This document shows positions 60,611 to 64,000 of a stretch of 64,000 nt of DNA, piece after piece; position 1 is the stretch's first letter; each line of letters opens with the position of its first letter. Source of the DNA: an uncultured delta proteobacterium (GTDB lineage Bacteria > Desulfobacterota > Desulfobacteria > Desulfobacterales > Desulfosalsimonadaceae); contig CAWGYD010000006.1 in assembly GCA_963826785.1 (NCBI GenBank), positions 864,001 to 928,000 on the forward strand, in the 5' to 3' direction. The position numbers and the translations under genes are program-made. The notes under the pieces were generated by a model that was given only the letters and a program-made list of their open reading frames with translations, was not told the origin of the DNA and searched no databases.

Positions 60611-62647
60611 TTATGCCTGCGTCACCTGCTCCAGGACCAGTGCGGTGCGAGCGGGCATGTACAGGCTCAGGAAATGGCGGTGAATGGGATCGGTGATGGT
60701 CTGATGCGTCAGCCCGATGTCCTGGCGGTTCTGACCGCCGTAGGCTTCCCGGTCGGTGTCCAGCACCACCCGGTAGTCCCCCGGTGCGGCCGGAATCCAG
60801 TAATCGGTAAAAGATCGGCTCGGATGGAAATTGAACACGAATATCAGGCCGGCCCGGGAAAACGCCAGCATCTTGGTGCCGTCATCCGAATGAAGGAGAA
60901 ACAGTTCCTGCCCTTTCGGGATTTTCCGGGTCCGGGCCAGTTCGATCATGTCCCGGTCAAACAGGGCCAGGTGGCGGTAGCGCAGCAGCGGATCATCCAT
61001 CAGGTGCCACTGGCGCCGGGCATATTGGTAGGACCAGCCGTTTCCCTGCCGGGGAAAATCGATCCACTCCGGGTGACCGAATTCGTTTCCCATGAAGTTT
61101 AAGTAGCCATGGCCGGCCGTGGAGAGGGTGGCCATGCGGATCATCTTGTGCAGGGCAATGCCCCGGGATACGGCAAGATCTTCCGTGAATACGGACATGT
61201 GGCCGTAGATCCGGTCCCCCACCAGCCGGAAAATCAGCGTCTGGTCCCCCACCAGGGCCTGATCGTGGGACTCGGCATAGGAGATGGTCTTCTCGTCGGA
61301 CCGGCGGTTGATGAGTTCGTGCCAGAGATGCCCCATGGGCCAGAACTCGTCCGGGGTGTCCTTGGCCAGCTTGATCCAGTTGTCGGGCACGCCCATGGCA
61401 AAGCGGTAGTCGAAACCCGCGCCGCCCTCGGCCAGGGGTGCGGCCAGGCCGGGCATGCCGGAGACGTCCTCGGCAATGGTGATCACCGGGTCGGCCAGGG
61501 AATGCACCAGCTTGTTGGCCAGGGTCAGGTAGGTGAGGGCCTCTTCGTCCACGGAATCGTCGAAATAATCGGTGTATCCGGTAAATGCGGTTCCCAGTCC
61601 ATGATGGGTATACAGCATGCTGGTGATGCCGTCGAAGCGGAAGCCGTCAAACCGGTACTCGTCCATCCAGAACCGGCAGTTGGACAGCAGAAAATGCAGC
61701 ACCTGGGGATTTGCGTAGTTGAAGCAGCGGGAATCCCAGGCCGGATGTTCCCCCCGGGGCCCCTTGTGAAAAAACTGGTAAGGGGTGCCGTCGAACCGGG
61801 AGATGCCCTCCACCTCATTTTTCACCGCGTGGGAATGGATCAGATCCATCAGCACCAGAAAACCCATCCCATGGGCCTGATCCACCAGGTACTTGAGTTC
61901 TTCGGGGGTGCCGAACCGGGAAGAGCAGGCGAAAAAATTGGACACCTGGTACCCGAAGGACGCATAATAGGGATGTTCCGCCACCGCCATGATCTGGATG
62001 ACATTGTATCCGGCTTCCTTGATGCGGGGGAGCACTTTTTCCGCAAATTCCAGATAGGAGCCGACCCGCTCCTCTTCCTGGGCCATTCCCACGTGTACTT
62101 CATATACCAGGATGGGGCCGTCGGCGAAGACCGGCCGGTCGTTTTTCCACACGTAGGGCTGAGGCGGCCGCCAGACCTGGGCGTCGAAGCTGTGGGTGGA
62201 CGGATCCTGCACCACCCGCCGGGTCCAGGCGGGAATCCGGTCGCCGGACCCGCCCGGCCACCGCATATCCAGGCGGTACAGATCCGTATGGGAAAGCACA
62301 TCCTCATCCAGGTAAAGTTCCCAGATCCCCTCACTGGAAATCCGGTTTAAGGCAAACCGGTCCTGGACCTGCCAGTTCGAGAAGCTTCCCTTGAGATAAA
62401 TGGCCTCGGCATTGGGGGCCCATTCCCGAAACGCCCACCGGCCGTCCCTGAAATGCAGACCGAAATATTCATGGCCGGAGGCGAATTCGGCCAGGTCCAT
62501 TTTGCCGCCGGTCAGGCGGAATTCCATTTCCCCCGCCATCTCCATCCGCCGGCGGATCTGGTCCTTGTACGGGTGCAGCAGGTAGTCCGCTGCAAGCCGC
62601 CATTGAACGGCCTGATCGATTTGTTTTTCAGTCGCCGGTGGATTCAT
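60611..62647 (-). CDS. glgB: 1,4-alpha-glucan branching enzyme (GH13, eukaryote/Bacteroidetes-like type)
   Basis: FREWAPNA, EHPYYASFGYQV, DGFRFDGITSM, IAEDVSG, YAESHDQALVGD, FMGNEFGHPEWIDFPR. Confidence 0.95.
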   Translation of the reverse strand: MNPPATEKQIDQAVQWRLAADYLLHPYKDQIRRRMEMAGEMEFRLTGGKMDLAEFASGHEYFGLHFRDGRWAFREWAPNAEAIYLKGSFSNWQVQDRFALNRISSEGIWELYLDEDVLSHTDLYRLDMRWPGGSGDRIPAWTRRVVQDPSTHSFDAQVWRPPQPYVWKNDRPVFADGPILVYEVHVGMAQEEERVGSYLEFAEKVLPRIKEAGYNVIQIMAVAEHPYYASFGYQVSNFFACSSRFGTPEELKYLVDQAHGMGFLVLMDLIHSHAVKNEVEGISRFDGTPYQFFHKGPRGEHPAWDSRCFNYANPQVLHFLLSNCRFWMDEYRFDGFRFDGITSMLYTHHGLGTAFTGYTDYFDDSVDEEALTYLTLANKLVHSLADPVITIAEDVSGMPGLAAPLAEGGAGFDYRFAMGVPDNWIKLAKDTPDEFWPMGHLWHELINRRSDEKTISYAESHDQALVGDQTLIFRLVGDRIYGHMSVFTEDLAVSRGIALHKMIRMATLSTAGHGYLNFMGNEFGHPEWIDFPRQGNGWSYQYARRQWHLMDDPLLRYRHLALFDRDMIELARTRKIPKGQELFLLHSDDGTKMLAFSRAGLIFVFNFHPSRSFTDYWIPAAPGDYRVVLDTDREAYGGQNRQDIGLTHQTITDPIHRHFLSLYMPARTALVLEQVTQA

Positions 62648-62713
62648 GATTCCCCTCTTTCCTGTTTTTTAGGTTCGATTGGTGATTATAGCGGTGCGCT
62701 TTCGGACCGACAA

Positions 62714-62729
62714 TCGGGTAAAACCCCTA
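62714..62729. promoter_or_regulatory. Palindromic box TCGGGT-AAAA-CCCCTA
   Basis: 66 nt upstream of glgB; shares AAAACCCCTATTT with the 8872 site. Confidence 0.55.
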
Positions 62730-62891
62730 TTTGGCTGGAAATGGGAATTTATAGTGAAACAGCCGAAGATAAATGCGGGTTGGCTGGTTTGCGCACGGAA
62801 AAAAAGGCATTTGGGCGCAAACAGGCCGAACACCTTTGCAGTCGGCCGGATTTTTCGGCCGCCTGCAAAGGAAAGGTCGGTTTTACCGCTG

Positions 62892-63494
62892 TCAGGGCAG
62901 GGCGGAGAGCTTGTTGTAGTCGATCGCCTGGGCATAGGCAGTCAAATCGTTTTTGGACACATCGTACCCGTTGATGGTGATCAGGAACCGGTTGTTCACC
63001 ACGATCTGGATTTCGCCTTCTTTGGCATCCGCGTCATACTTGACGATGGCCTTCTGGCCGGCGATTTTCTCCAGTTTGCCGCCGTCCGAGGTGGCAAACA
63101 TGGGATTTGCAAACATCATCATCATGCTCTGCAGAAGCGGCGAATCCGTAACCATCTGAAGGGTGACCGAACTGTCGGCTTTGCGGTATTGCCGTTCGGC
63201 CGTGATGCCGCCGCCCATCATGCCCGTATTCATCGCCTGGGAAGTGGAATTTTCCACTTCCCACCCGCTCAGGGGCTGGGGGAGCAGCGCTTCCAGTTTT
63301 TCTCCTTTTTTCTGCAGGATCAGCTGGGAGGCGTAATTCAAGCTCTGGACCGCATTGGAATGTTCCCCGCTGTTATAACTGTTCAAGGCCTCGTTGATCG
63401 CATCGGTAACGTCGTCTGCAAATACGGGAGGGCAAAACGTCAAAAGAAGAGCGAAAAGGGCAAACGCCAGGCGGTGGGCTTTGAAATGTGTCAT
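62892..63494 (-). CDS. Exported hypothetical protein
   Basis: Signal peptide ending VFA; RBS AAGGAG. Confidence 0.85.
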   Translation of the reverse strand: MTHFKAHRLAFALFALLLTFCPPVFADDVTDAINEALNSYNSGEHSNAVQSLNYASQLILQKKGEKLEALLPQPLSGWEVENSTSQAMNTGMMGGGITAERQYRKADSSVTLQMVTDSPLLQSMMMMFANPMFATSDGGKLEKIAGQKAIVKYDADAKEGEIQIVVNNRFLITINGYDVSKNDLTAYAQAIDYNKLSALP

Positions 63495-63643
63495 CGTGTT
63501 CTCCTTGGAATCTTAAAAGAATAAGGGTGTCTTCAGTAAAGACAGATCAGTGACTGATAATGATATATAATAAATCGGGGCACGATTGACCAGATTAAAA
63601 CCAGCGGTGATGGAAAAAAATTAATCTGGCCGTCCCCCCGGTG

Positions 63644-64000
63644 CTACTGCCCTGCATTGTAAATTGCGCCTCCGGATTTCCGGTAGAGCTCGAAAACGGC
63701 CAGCGCGTCTTTTCGGAGCAGGTCCACCACCACATCGATGCCGCGTTTGTTCAGCGCCGCCACCCATTTTGCGGGTTTATCCCCTTCGTCAAATCCAATG
63801 GCGCGCGCATCCGCATCCCGTGCGCCGCAGACCAGCCGCCGGATTCCCGACCAGGGAATGGCGCCCAGGCACATGGCACAGGGCTCGGCGGAAGCAAACA
63901 GGTCAAAATGCGCTTTCCCGCCGTCGCTGATGTCATAGCGGCCAAGGACCTGCTGGGCCAGGGAGAGGGCGACGATCTCGGCATGCAGGGCAGAGCAGTT
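63644..64000 (-). CDS. Nucleoside/cytidine-type deaminase, 5'-truncated
   Basis: HAEI...EPCAMC zinc motif; frame open to the window end. Confidence 0.9.
   Translation of the reverse strand, partial: NCSALHAEIVALSLAQQVLGRYDISDGGKAHFDLFASAEPCAMCLGAIPWSGIRRLVCGARDADARAIGFDEGDKPAKWVAALNKRGIDVVVDLLRKDALAVFELYRKSGGAIYNAGQ

Noticed and set aside
1..64000. Selenocysteine/pyrrolysine read-through, tRNA, CRISPR, IS elements, prophage
   Set aside because: No gene appears cut at an in-frame TGA/TAG in a catalytic position. No cloverleaf, repeat-spacer array, transposase or integrase was seen by eye.

Overview
Gene-dense, GC-rich bacterial chromosome segment. The gene set (AhbB, CooC/AcsF, ASKHA/RACo, superoxide reductase, octaheme cytochrome, RpoH-like sigma factor) suggests an anaerobic Desulfobacterales-type deltaproteobacterium; this is inference, not a database result. 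I count about 57 CDS: housekeeping/metabolic genes (mtnA, tkt, pncB, queF, etfB, amtB, dusB, glgB, GH94 C-terminus), two NarL-type two-component systems, a diguanylate cyclase and several hypothetical proteins. Two genes are frameshifted. I saw no tRNA, rRNA, CRISPR array, transposase or integrase. The main unexplained signal is a 16-bp GC-rich palindrome (TRSGGG-N4-CCCCYA, usually with AA/TT flanks). It recurs in at least six intergenic regions, upstream of a pseudo-STAS/pseudo-receiver pair, a small protein inside a sensor-kinase/response-regulator locus, an RpoH-like sigma factor, superoxide reductase, glycogen branching enzyme and a lipase. This suggests an undescribed NarL/LuxR-type stress regulon. 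All calls are from motif recognition by eye; no searches were run.
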